NCBI GenBank assembly: GCA_051294905.1
Contig: CM119385.1
Location: 14,632,001 to 14,696,000, forward strand
DNA length: 64,000 nucleotides
Origin: Botryllus schlosseri
Lineage: Eukaryota
Direction: 5' to 3'
Each line of letters opens with the position of its first letter. The first letter of the stretch is position 1. A program made the position numbers and the translations under genes. Of this stretch, positions 40,461 to 53,593 are shown in pieces. Below the pieces are notes generated by a model. The model ran no database searches. It saw only the letters and a program-made list of their open reading frames with translations, and was not told the DNA's origin.

Positions 40461-41548
40461 CACGAACAGAATTCACGAGTACGAACAAAACATGTAATAC
40501 GTATCCCGAAAATAAATATTCTTTTCGGTTGAGCAAAGTCCCGAACACGAACGCGATTACGAACACGTAATAACCCCGTCCGTCTGAACGCGAACCTTTT
40601 GGAAAGGTTCTTCGGGAACGCGAACATGAACCTCATGACGTCATGTGATGTCGTATTGCTAATTCTAACCCTACATTTCAGTGAAGTGATATATGAATGT
40701 AGGAGTACACGAGAACTAGCCACGACTCAGGTCACATAATGCCACATAGCTGAAGTACATTCTGACTTTTAAAACGTCGTCAAATGTATAAACTGGCGCT
40801 ATCAAATGATATATTAATTCCATAAAATCAATATCTTTCGTCGCTTTGCCAACGATTTCGACGAGGACAGGCAAGGGAATATAAGCTGACGCCTTAACGG
40901 TCAAGGACAGACAGGACAATGTATTCGGCGTCCGAGTATTGTTACGCTGATATTGAGCGGTGTGTAAAACGGGTTTCTTGCTACCGATATTACCCCGTTA
41001 ACAAGTTATACAGCAGTGGCCAACACCCAAATCGCACGGATTTCGTTTTTATGATACAAAAGACATATGGAGTCAAGATTGACCCCGCGCACCTGCTAGA
41101 TTTGTTTTACATCGGACAACGATATCAATTTCATTGATTGGTTGAATAAGCATTATTCGCTTACTACCTACATGTTGTTTGTTTCGCTCTTGATGTTGTG
41201 AGATTGCAGGTCCAGCTCACAGCAGAGAGTCACTAAATATTCACAAACAGAAAGCTGGATATTTCGAGAAAACTTTTGTGACTATAGGCAAGCAAAATTT
41301 TTGAGTTTGTCAACGTGCATGCTTGTTTAGTGTTGATTTTTTTATGCTGCCAGCGCCATGAATAGAGTGGCCTGCAGATGAAATACAATAAATTTCAACC
41401 AAAGCTGTTATAATGAAGTGAAAATTGTAATATATGAAAAAGGTTTACAGTGCAGAACCGATCAAGTTTCGTTTGTGAACGTGAACCTCTAAATTTCTGA
41501 GGTTCACACACAGAACGCGGACGTGAACCTCACGTTCACACCATCCCT
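40461..41548. mobile_element. Partial MITE-like element with CGAAC/GTGAAC arrays at both ends and unique internal DNA
   Basis: CGAACACGAACGCG arrays at 40461-40632 and GAACGTGAAC arrays ending GTTCACACCATCCCTA at 41548; the left TIR is missing. Related fragments occur near 29655-29705 and 31075-31110. Confidence 0.45.
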
Positions 41549-44500
41549 AATAATAACTATTTGATGAATCCTGGTTATAATTGTGCAGCATAGTTTGTTA
41601 CGCTTTGGTAGACATTCACTTGATCAAATCTAAAAGCCGCCTCTCAAATCACGAAGATATGAGTGATGTCTGTATGATGAGGTAGTGAGAATGGGATCAT
41701 CAATTCGTTTCGCTGCAAGGTGGCTGCGAGTCAGGCAAACCCTAACTCGTCAAACTCATTATAGTATTATGATCCCGATGAAAGGTGTGTTGCACAATGA
41801 ATTCGGCATCTCAGACGGAATGTATAAAATACAACGGCTGCCCTGTCCCGTCTCATAAATGTGAATAAAATAGTATAGAGATGTAGATATTATCAATAAC
41901 TGTTAAATAGATTTCAGTGTTCCAGTTAAGCAGATGTGCTATCACACCGCTCACATGCGAACGAAAGGATATTCGCCATTTGCCTTGTTCCGGTAGATCC
42001 AATCCACACGCTCAATTTTAAGTAGTCAAATGTTGGGATAAAACGTGCATCCAATTGTTGATCATGAGTGGTGTACCCCGGCCTACGAAAACTTAATTGT
42101 ACCACTAGATGAATAGATTAATGAGACAAATCACCTGCAATATTTTTAAAGTCCAAGTGAATGACGATTTCGCACTGCGGATCTTTTTATAAATGCAAAC
42201 TATAGTAAATGTCTGTTCACAGAATATCGATGTGCCTAATATCAAATTCTACCTGATAGGTCGAACACAAATCTTTGATACCATTAGATAACATTTGCCT
42301 CAAGTTTACCACGCATAGTCCTGTGTTTCTGTATTTTCATTCAACTCGGCATTTGAGCAACGCACTGCCGCAGGACTGAATGACAACATGTTTCAGCTAA
42401 TTTTAGACAAGGAGAATTAATACCAGAGCGTCTAAGAGAGCAACTTATGAACTGTCAAAAATTTGACATGTAACTAGTTGGGAGTGCCCTAGCGAAATAC
42501 AAAAGGGTATTTCTATTCGAAGGCAGTTCTCAAGGCCGTGATCGTGAAGGTGATTGACGTGCAGCAAAATCTGAACCGATGTTATCCATGCGACGTATAC
42601 TGTAATACTGTGCAAACAGACGTGAGGTCTAATGTCCGCTATTTAAAGGCGCGGCGATTCGAGTCTACAGCTTCCAATATCTTTTGGATCTTAAAGGGAT
42701 TTATCAAGCGACCCCATCGCAGTCGTGGTAGCGATAATTTCAAAGTCAAGTTCCGTGTTAGGTCAGGTAGGCTAAGAAACAAGAACCCATATGTATTAGT
42801 TATGTCCTTGCTGCGTCATTGGCAGGAGTGCCCAGATATGTAACAGTTTTATTGGATCACTCTATAAATAGTTTTCTCGCATCATCATCCGGGTTTTATC
42901 TACTAACGTACATTTCCACCCAATTCTTCTAAAATGACATACTGATTTCAAAGACGGGTCCCAGTTGAAACAGGACGGTGGCGTAATATCCGCCACGCAA
43001 CATCAACAACGAACAGAGTGTACCGACCATATTATTAGAAAAATTATGCAGCAAAATAAGAGGGATACCGGCATTGATCGGATTTCATGGACATTTAAAA
43101 GTCATATAGCGATCGCGGCGCACTATCCATAAATCGTGGAAGCTATACTAGCAATGGGATAAACACAATTTACGGTTGCTGTATTCATCGACGAATCATT
43201 AATATAAGCGAACGATTATGTGTGTCTTCGGGAAAAACAAAAGTCAGGATAAAGGAAAATGACCAAGGTCAACATTGGTAGTTGACGTAGTTGACTATTG
43301 GTGTCGTGACTGGCTTGCGACAGGCTCATGAACCTGCAAATACCCAGGACAAAATGTCCCTAATAAAATATTAGTAATAACGAAAAATGTGCCTGCACGG
43401 AACCGTGATCATGAAACAACAACGATGTTGATCTGCGATTCACAGTCATGTGATTGAGACAGATGCGTTTTGACTTTGATTATCTCTTCATATCCAAGCC
43501 CATGTAATATTCTCCATTAAGTCACACATTTGGGAGCTAACTCGCTTGGAGATCTGCTGCGGCGAGTAAGGACAAGCAATTTTTAAAGATTTGCCATATT
43601 TTGGTAGCCATATCACTCGCTGATTTACATTTGCCAAATTTCTCTGCGGTTGTCGCGTCGCTTAGTGTTTTGAAAATTGACATGATGTACGTCGACAGTT
43701 CAATTCGACTGACGAATATGTCACGACCTATGTACGATATTGAGGATTTATGGGCTATGTAACTTTGGATCGCCGCAATTCAGCTTATTACGCGGTTCGG
43801 AACAAGTTACAGCCATGATAATTAAGCGGCTCACACAAACACACCGAGTGAGTAATTGAAACGTCTGGAATAATCTCAATAATTTTATCCATGTCCTATT
43901 TTCCATTGCGCTGGCAAGAAAGCTACGACTCCTGAAATGCATTACGAAAACTCCGGTCACTGTGGTATACAGAAGTATGACGACTATTCCACTCACATAA
44001 GATTTACACAGCAACTAGGCTACCTAAGAGTATAAGAGAAGATACTACTAAAGAGACCTCTCAGGTGGAACTATCTTAAAATTCATAGCATTGTTTAGTT
44101 AGACAATATATCTATCTATTCAATAAAATACATCTAAAATTATTCGTCTTTATCTTTGATGTTAAAAGCACGCTCAACGATGTACTGCTAAACTTAACAT
44201 ACACAAATTCAATTATTTGACATATACAAAGCTCTCGACCACGTCAGACAGTGTTATAAAATTATGAGTCAACATATTGTAAAACAGAGCAATTTCGGAT
44301 TATTTGACCTCACTTTTGATCACGTTCTGCCTGTTTGTAAATGGTGATATGTCGCCTAACTTGTGATTTTGCTGACGTTTTATCGAATAAAACTATTTTC
44401 CCCCAGGACCAATAAATTATGCAAAACAACATGTAACTGTTCCTAATAAAAATGTTTCATTTTGTAATGCCCTCTGAGTGATTCACTGACGATGCATTCT

Positions 44501-45361
44501 AGGATTTGTTTGTTACTTTTACAAAGATGAGTACGTTGCATACCTCCCCCATCGACAACACGACAAAAACACAAAGAAATCATCATGGCGCATAATAGTT
44601 TACTACGGTCAATTAGGAAAATCCGAAGATAGTCTGTGCAGTATAGAAGCAGAGCGTCTGATTGTATAACGAATGCTTGTATTATCGTGTAGGCCTGTGG
44701 AAAATACACTATAATAGGTTGTGTATTAATTGACAAGCCGGTATAGCCAATAACACTGCCTTCAGGATGGGTATTTTTGACTCTCGAAAATACAATATCT
44801 GTAAAGTTCTGATAGTACGAACAGCAAAAGGGCTTTCGCGGCAGCGGTGAAAGAAATAATTTGGTGACTTCATAATATTAATGATCGTGCTCCGTGCATA
44901 ACATAGAAGCAACATCGTAGAAAGTGCTGGATATCGGCAGACTATAATGTGATGTATATAACAATCAGCTGTGGCTTGCCGGCAATCACATGATGTTAGA
45001 GCGGCCAGGCCATTTTCTATTTTTCTTTTCCTCGAGCACGGAGAATAATTTATTAGGATTAATAAGATTAGACGGTTCAGCTGAAAATGTGGCAGCTTCT
45101 TTTTATTGTTGAGGTATATCTGTGCATCGTACGCTGATGGGCTATGTCTCGTTGCAGGCGACGTCGAAACGCAGGCTTGCTTGACACAGGAAAACTGATT
45201 ATTTATGTGTCGTCGTTATATCGCACATCACATCTGCAATAAAATGGATTTCAAATCTCAGAAAGCAGTAAACGAGCCTTTCAGAAAACGTGATAACGGC
45301 GAGAGACTATTTATAGTATTAGCGTAAAACGCAACACTAATCACGTTGACGGCATGGAGGA

Positions 45362-45565
45362 TACATAAATGGGATCCAAGTTGTGGAGATTCACTCACAT
45401 CGGCGAAAGCCGAGCTTGAGTCATCAACGGATATGAGAGCTAGGCAAACGTAGGCCTACCAGTACAACGTACCGGCGAAATGTTTACCACGATTGCTGAT
45501 GCCTTCTCATTTGCCTGCTTTCAGAATTTATCTGATCACGAAGTCTTTACATAGCTTTGAAACAG
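45362..45565 (+). promoter_or_regulatory. Possible promoter and 5'UTR splice acceptors of ILP-A
   Basis: TACATAAA at 45362-45369; acceptors TTGCCTGCTTTCAG (45524) and TTTGAAACAG (45565, directly before the ATG). The two-acceptor layout mirrors ILP-B. Confidence 0.35.
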
Positions 45566-46030
45566 ATGACGATGTGTTCTTTGGAAAAAGTCGCGGTCGT
45601 GATGTTCGTCTTTGCCATATCGAGCAATGTCCCACAATCGCATGCATTTCGATCGAATGGGCGAATCAGAAGGTGTGGAAACAACGCGAAGGAATTCCTT
45701 CAATGGTTCTGCAGGGACGATTCATTCACCTTTCCATATTCTACGCATTCGGGCGCTTTATGTAAGATCTTATATTGCACGTTTCTTAAATAAGAACGAA
45801 ATACTTATCCGTTTATTTTGTAAGTAACAGCTATCTTCGGTCGGTATCGTTTCGGAGACAAAGGAGCCTATCCGTTCGTACGTTTGGCGGTGGATTGCTG
45901 CAAATACGGCTGCCTTGATTCCGAATACATGAGGATGTGTGACTATCACAAGAAAATCAAACGATGTGAAAGACGAATGCAATACCGCAAAAGAGACGGC
46001 AGGAGACGGCGTCACTGCACAAGGATATAG
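45566..46030 (+). CDS. Insulin/IGF-like peptide precursor A (2 coding exons: 45566-45761 + 45831-46030; 131 aa)
   Basis: Splicing a 69-nt phase-1 GT-AG intron (45762 GTAAGA ... TAACAG 45830) gives MTMCSLEKVAVVMFVFAISSNVPQSHAFRSNGRIRRCGNNAKEFLQWFCRDDSFTFPYSTHSGALSIFGRYRFGDKGAYPFVRLAVDCCKYGCLDSEYMRMCDYHKKIKRCERRMQYRKRDGRRRRHCTRI*. It has a hydrophobic signal peptide, a B-chain CG-x10-C, an A-chain CC-x3-C-x8-C, and a phase-1 intron in the C-domain as in insulin-family genes. The ORF track shows only exon 1 (45557..45793). Confidence 0.92.
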
Positions 46031-48344
46031 TATAATATGGGGCTCAGACATGTCATGAAACGAACAGAGAAATCTTCAATATCCACAGAAAGAATATGTA
46101 GTTGTGCTAATATGCCACCATATACCGTAATGTCATGAACAGTTATTCCACAAGACCATATATCCGCATGAAGCCCTGCACAAATATCTAGTTGGATCAG
46201 ACTAAGTAATGATATCGTATTTCACTTCTCTGACTCATCTGAAAGACTGCTACATCGAACCCATTTCAAGAGGGTGTCCAGAGTTTTTTTCCTCGTCAAA
46301 TATCATTATATAAATCCCCAGCTACGTCCACCGAAGTATTAAAACATCAAAAGTTATTGTTTTCAATTGTACTGCTTTATTTTCAGTACAGCGAGTTAAT
46401 TTGCACATTGTTATTTCTTACATATTCACTATTTATTGAATTTATTTCAACTTATATACTACTGTTTAATTATATCAACAAGATGAGTTGAAATGGCGTG
46501 GGCGTGTTGCACTGTTGATAATGCAGCAGTCGAAACTGCTCATTTCTGACAGGGACTTGGTTTATGAAGTAAGCTTTCTGAGAGAAACGGAACGTCGTAT
46601 CGCAAAGTCTATCAATTTGTCGGTGCACATGGAATGCATTTTTTTACATATCAGGTGCGTTGTATCCTCAAAATCAACCACATCTTTGACTATACACCTA
46701 ATTTTACACCCGCCTGACAATGACAACTCGCCATCACATACACGATCCTAGGTCATTCTATGTAATCAAAGGATTGATCATAATTATGCGTGTTTTCGTG
46801 TTTGTTTTAAAAATTTCTTGTCAAAGACAAAGATTAAGGCAAACCAAGTTTGTAATTGAAAGGAGAAGCTTTTGGACGATCGCTGATCATTTTCATCAGT
46901 ACAACAAGTGTAACGCATACCAAAACATCGTCGCAGGGCATACTGATCTTGAAATTGAAATATTATCTCGAGGCGGAATCGCGGAATCGCAGAGGCCTAA
47001 AACAGTGTTTTTATAATTGATGCTTGAATTGTTCATTGTACCATAGTATACTAAACATTGAATTAAGTCAGATATTAGCAATACAATTAAATATTCATAT
47101 GATTACCGATCGAAACTTGGTGTTGGTAGCTATTAAACGGTCTATTTTAAATAGGACGCCTATAGCATCTCTGCTATTTCTATCAAAACAACTTTAAAAT
47201 TTCAAAATAGTCGCAATTTTCTTCTTTTGACATTGGCAACAATGTGAATTAGGCGTTTTACGGAGACATGACTAACAAGTATGCTTCTAACAGTGCTGCG
47301 TGCTTTTTCATACTGCAATTTTCGATACCAAATGACTAAGCCTGTGTAAGGTAATATCGGGTATCACGTCAACATTGCGGAGATATCACGTAGCAAAAGC
47401 ACGTGTTTGGTAGTGTGTAATTGTTGACCTATCGCGATAAATTGTTAACAAGTTGGTAAAAATCGTGATGACCCGTTTCGGGATATCAATCGCATCTAAA
47501 ACAAAACTAGGAGATCGAAAACTCATTGGTATGTTGTGATTTTCATGCTCTCACGCGATCTATAGTAGAAGAGGAAGTTTTTATGTGTGTCCTTGTAGCG
47601 ACTAAAGTAATAGGGGGACCAGGTTCCTGTTTTGGGATAGCTGATGTTGAATTAAGTGCAACATCTTCATGTGAGATCGGGATGCCAGTGAGTTACAGCG
47701 ATACCAACAATCAAACATGTTACACGGATGGATTTCTACTAGAGAAAAATCACTACTACATGGGTTGTTTTCACTACAAACACCTGGCAATATATTTTGA
47801 CATACTGCTTGCCTCTGCATATACTATAGTATATTAAGAGTAATTCTACACATATCAGCCAACTTTGAGTCTCTCCTTAACGTGACCGTAATAATGTGTA
47901 CTTCAGGCCTACTTCATTTACCAAGAATATGTATGACTACTGTTTGTGGTCGATGGAGTTATACCCTAGCTCACATAGTATTCCAAAACAAACATCTAGC
48001 TAGACGTCAGTCTTGGATGAGTGGCGCCCAAATTTCACGGTCTGGATTAAAATTTCCAAACACATGTGGAGACGGCCTATGATGTCGGATACAAAATTAC
48101 AACGGGAAAAGAACCAAAATAACTAAACCAGACGCGTGGCCGTATATACCATCACCCCCCCCCCCGTCAAATTTCAACTATTTAGTTGAGCTCATTTAGA
48201 GCGGGTTGCGCATTTGTTTTTCAAGTTCTCTTCCTCTGGTGGAAACTGAACTTATACTACCAGGAAGTAGCATGCGATAAAAAGGACATAATAAAATAGA
48301 GTTCAAAGATTATTAGTATATACTTTTATAATTTGAGTAATCAC

Positions 48345-48423
48345 GAAATTAATTATACTTTCTCAGCAGCTGCAGAGTAGAAAAACCGAACTTCGCGAGT
48401 TCATTAGCAGTAATCAGCCAGAC
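48345..48423 (+). pseudogene. Possible degraded LINE AP-endonuclease N-terminus
   Basis: LIILSQQLQSRKTELREFISSNQPD resembles the APE start L..K..EL..FI....PD; downstream motifs are lost. Confidence 0.3.
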
Positions 48424-50739
48424 ACTCACACGATTGACCTGCCAGAACAAAAGCAATTGTTTCGACGATTCAATGTACAGCTTTCTTTCGCGGAAATGAA
48501 ACGGTATGGATCACGATCAGTCGATCACACACAAGCGTAATACAGGTCTCAGGTACAAAAGGAAATTCCATTTTAAATGGTTGAGAAGTCCAAAATGGCT
48601 GCTATGCCCCTTGTTGACTATAGGTAGTTGTGAATTATATGAAAACGAAAATAAGGTTTCGAAATTGATAGCCTCCATACCTGAAAAGTGAAGATTGCTA
48701 ATATTCTTACAGGTCAATTCAAGTCTCTATTCGAAATTGTCTGGGGATTGTCCCATTTGTCCCAGTTCACTCCTATATTTATCAACCTAGTTGTCACGAA
48801 AGAAATCTTAAATTGGATGTTGGTAAATGTGTTTGCTTGTATCGTTCATGTTGAGGTGAGCTGCTAGTAGAGCCCACAAGACGAAACACGACAATTAGCA
48901 ATACAGGAATTAACTGACTTCTAAATGAACTCAAAGCGGTAAGCTATAGCATGGTAGCAAAAACGGTATTTGCCACCTACCGTGCATTCTTGGTACACTC
49001 AAAATAAAATTAAAAATACTTATCCGAATGGAGATATAAAATTCGGAAGAATAGTACAAATACTGACAAGCTCAACACCCCCCTGAATTTTTACTGAGTA
49101 CATACATGACTTACAGTAAGTGCTTACGGGATTGAAATTGAAACAACACGCAGATATAGATTTCTCCGGCAGACGTGAAAAACTGAGTTGCGTTTAATAA
49201 TAAAACTATTGTCCCCCATTTGACGATATGGGACTGCAGATCAGAATCATAGATTTTTTTCAGGCGGCTATTACCATTTATTCATTCGTTTATTAGGTAC
49301 CCTTCACTGTGTTGTGTATATATAGCGAGTGACTCAGGCTAGGCCACCACCTTGAAATGCTATTGCGGGGCAAACTTTCAAGTGAGATGTTTACATTCTC
49401 CGATTGATGAACCGAAATGACGCAATGATTGCATCTGTCTATCCGCCAGGCGACAGCTTAACTTGAAGTAATTGTTTCTCCGTAACCTTGTTTACGCAGA
49501 ATAAAAACAAGGAGGTCTCTGGCTTATTGGCCCGAGTGTTTTTACGTACGCGGAAAGAGCCATTGCCCCACGGAAAGTCCGGTGATCTTATTTTTTTATT
49601 GGAAAGAGTTGTCAGTAGCGTATTGTGTTATAATCTAACAGTTATCAAATCGTGCAGTGCTAAATAAGACCAAGTTGCGAACGCTAGCATCATAATAATA
49701 GGCCTGTTTGTCATTAAGCGTCGTTTCATCACTCTGTGGTTGATGCTAATCCTTACCAAACCAACGCTAATGGTGTAATTAATCACAGAATATCGAGGCT
49801 TACCACGTAATGCAATCACGATCAGTCCACATGAGGCTATGTAGGCCTACGCTCGCTACGCACCCGCCCCATTGACTAGTCGCAGTTAGGCTATTTCGGG
49901 TCGTGTGTTTACTGCAATTGATTGGCACATTCTAGTGGGTGATGTCAGCATAACTTTCGCCAACGAACCAGAAATATAGACGCGTGTGTGAGGGGGTCCT
50001 GCCGAGCGTACTCTTGCTGATGAAGTAGACCAGCCTGCGATTGCAGAATAAAATCAAGCAACAAAAATACATCCTTGGACCTATTACCATAGCAACGTTG
50101 ATACGGATAAATGGAGAATTTCGAGAAACAACCTAACCTTATTCCATATATATTCATGGAAATACTGGCGGCAACCGTAATTAAATTGTGTAAAAATGTA
50201 CTTTACAATATCTGTTTGTATAACAATGTTCTTTGTAGTCAATAGCCCGAAGAAATCAATTTTTTACAATTTAATTTGATGATGATGCATCGTCTTACAA
50301 TGTGTAAGAAACGCCTCTTCGTAAATTTGAAATAAACGAAAGATGCCAGCGAACCACATGGCGGCGAAGCAGCTGTGAGCTATTATTTGTACAATCGCCA
50401 TCGGGATGGTACTATTTCTGTCCTCAGTTGGGTACTGCATGCTTCATGCTCACATAGTTGTATAGGGACCAAATGGCGCTTTGTGGAATCGTAAAAAGAT
50501 CAATGCTCAATAATGCCCTAACTATATCAGGATACACTACGTTTTACCCACAAAGGTACAGATTGTCGACTTTGCGAACGTGTGGTCGTTATATCGCACC
50601 AGAGATCAATTCACGGAGACATACTCGCAACCTTGTAACTGAAGAGATTTGTAATGAAAGCTTATCGGCTTAACAGCAAGAATATTAGTTAGTCAATGAT
50701 TATCTTGGCTGTTTCTCATATCATAGCTCATTCTTTTGT

Positions 50740-51012
50740 GGCGAGATAGCGTAGTGGTATGGCCCACAGCCGCAACACCAATGAGTTGCGGGTTCGAGTC
50801 CGACTGAGGTCGACTCCATAATCCCTGTTTTAGAGGTGTATCTAGGCTCCTCCTCGCCACGTGATCCGCGTAAGCGGTGTCTTGTGAAAAGCCTAGAAGT
50901 GGGCCGTGCTACAAGTCGATAAATATTGAATCGAAAACTAAGAATATCGGCCTGGTGTAATATGACCAATGTTGTCGAAACACCAACAATGTCAAATAAA
51001 CAAGCAAACAAA
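50740..51012 (+). mobile_element. Full-length tRNA-derived SINE between the ILP genes
   Basis: GGCGAGATAGCGTAGTGGT A box, GGGTTCGAGTCC B box, conserved core, tail GGCCTGGTGT...GACC...GTCGA.ACACCA, (CAAA)n end. Confidence 0.92.
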
Positions 51013-53593
51013 CAGGCTCAGTCTGTAACTATATACTAACTAGCATCGAATTTGTACATGAAACTCGAATAATATCCAAACTTATCGTGTATGATTGGTG
51101 AAGTACCATGATGAATAATTCAATTTCCAATAAACTCTCTACTATACATCAAAATGTCACGGCTATTTTGCGAAGACTAATGCTCTAATCTGAACCGGAT
51201 CCTTGGTGAAAGGTGTTTGCTGCAGGGGTCGCAGACCTCTACAAATTTCAGATGAGGTAGAACCTACAGGACATTGTAGGCGGCTAAGAAACTATTCGTT
51301 CAATTAAATGTATACATACTAAAGCTGCATTTTCACATCGGTTAATAATTAACACTTTAACATAATTTGCATATAACATTGGCAAAGTAACAGTCTGCGT
51401 TTGTTAGGAAGAATCGGCATCTCACAGCAAGTTATGATTCTCATTGCAAAGAGTCCGTGAAGCATATTTTCATTCCTAGCATTTAATCATATTGACCGTC
51501 AGGACGTGGAACATTTTAGGGGAATAAAATGGTTCGGGATCAAAACCGTTTGGGAATCCATCAATGGTGCGGAGTCTCCTATCAGCACATATTCTCTGTA
51601 TATGTATTGAAAGCGTGGAAGGATTATCTGAGTCCGCTGTCATTCATCTACATAAAAATATTTAATCGTATACTGTAATTATGTGTAATGTATACTGTAG
51701 CTCTGTCGAAATAGAGAGTATTACTCGGTAAAATAATTTCATAAAAAAGCTTATGATATCCCAACGATAAGTGGATTTAACTGTCTCACACATTCAAATT
51801 GAGATTTCGTGGAAACTAAATAGGGTCAGAGGATTACCCGAATGGCAGAGATGGATAGAGTATTTATCATTGGTACCCAAACTGTATAGTAAATAACTGC
51901 GCTCTGCCCTCGCAGCAAGGAATGCAACATACAAAATATTCGTTTTAAAAGCAATATTTAATAACAAATAAATTGTAATTGACCATACACCCTCCCATAT
52001 TATTATTATTAGCAATCTGAAAGTAATTCATATTTGTTGAGAGGACAGCCTAACGGCTTGACCGGTTTCCAACTTGCACTGCACATTTAAGAGCATGTGA
52101 AATGAATTATCGTGGTTTTATGAGACAAATCTCGACTGATCGTAAGCTTTTGTCATTTAGTGTCAGTCGTAGGTACTAGGTACTCGAGTACTACTGGGGA
52201 ATTTGGAGAGTCAAGAAACAGAGCTACCCAATTAATTTACTTGTAGAAATAGATAATGTCAGATTACTTAACAAAAATGTCGTCAATAGTATCATTCGTG
52301 CTTGAATCTTAAAAAAGAAAATCGGAACATCATACTCAAAGATATCAAAACGTTGTTTGGATTGCAGCGAACGATTAATTACATTTCCTTCCCAGCCGGA
52401 CATCGAGAGACGTGTTCACCGCAGAATCGCTGGAAGATTCATGTAGCACGTATCTAATAAATGTACAGTAGCAATTTTTGTAATAAGAAGGACATAAAGT
52501 TCGTGGAGTCACCTTATAGATGTCAAAAGGATCAAAATGAGGTTTGGTTTGAGGCAAGATGACTTATCGACTTTATACATTACGCTTGCTATAATTTGCA
52601 TAATCTCAGGCTTATCGCGTATTTGAAAAACAATTTTACATGACTAATTCAAATCATATTAAATTTACCACTAGATGCCCAAATTCCATGGTATTTTGAA
52701 GAGATTGATGTGTAAACTTCAAGCAATTAAATTAGCAATATAGCGGTTTTATTGGTAATATAATCTCCCCGGCCACATTAAATAAATGCAATCGTGGATT
52801 GAACAGTTGCGATAATCATTAGTATCAGAATATATGAGACTTGAACACGTGTGTAAAAAACGAAATAGGTGTAAGGTAACTGGAGAACACTCATTAATCC
52901 CTCTGAAATACGGCGGTTTCGGAGATCGTGTTTAGTATAGAAACAAATTGGAGACAGGTTATTTTTAATTTCTATTGTCGCCGAATGTTGTGTAATCAAA
53001 TTTTACGTCGAAATCAACTTCTTGTGGGATGCAAAATTGCGCTGGTCTGGATATTAAAATGAAAATTATTAGGTGACTGACGAACAATACAATAGAATTA
53101 CGGAGAACACGGAGGTAGCGTAAAGGTTTTGTTTAGTCATAAATTTTATGTTGCTGTCACTATAGTGACGAATTTTATGGAAGTGCTGAGAAATGTACGG
53201 AACAAATCATCACTATTTCGATACTGTTGGTCTGCGGAAGTCAAGCAATACTCAATCCCATTCGATTCTGTCATGCAGTCATAAATCGGAAACATTGGCA
53301 TGACATTTTTGATATGTCAATATTAGATCCTTTATATTTTCATCACGCGAAGCAGATGCATGATTGTGCATGGTAACTTATATATTTGTATCAAATGATT
53401 GCAAGTGATTGCAGAATAGTAATGAAAAATAATACTGTACTATACTGAAATACTCTGAAAGTAATACAGAGCTGCAACATTGCAGCAAACAGTATAGTCG
53501 ATCATAATGCCAAATCTTACGCTTCTGTTATCTTGTTACTTTGATTCCATAGAAGTATAGCAATAGTCCGCAAGACTAAAGCATGACCCCAAT

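Noticed and set aside
40919-40990. SEYCYADIERCVKR resembling the ILP tail
   Set aside because: There is no CC-x3-C-x8-C, B chain or signal peptide, the frame is closed upstream, and it sits inside a MITE-like element.
47526-47837. 103-aa Cys-containing ORF downstream of ILP-A
   Set aside because: It has a TTG start, no signal peptide, domain or splice context, and its length is within chance expectation.
50083-50096. ATTACCATAGCAAC, an RFX X-box-like motif between the ILP genes
   Set aside because: It is a single imperfect motif about 4 kb and 9 kb from the genes with no conservation evidence.
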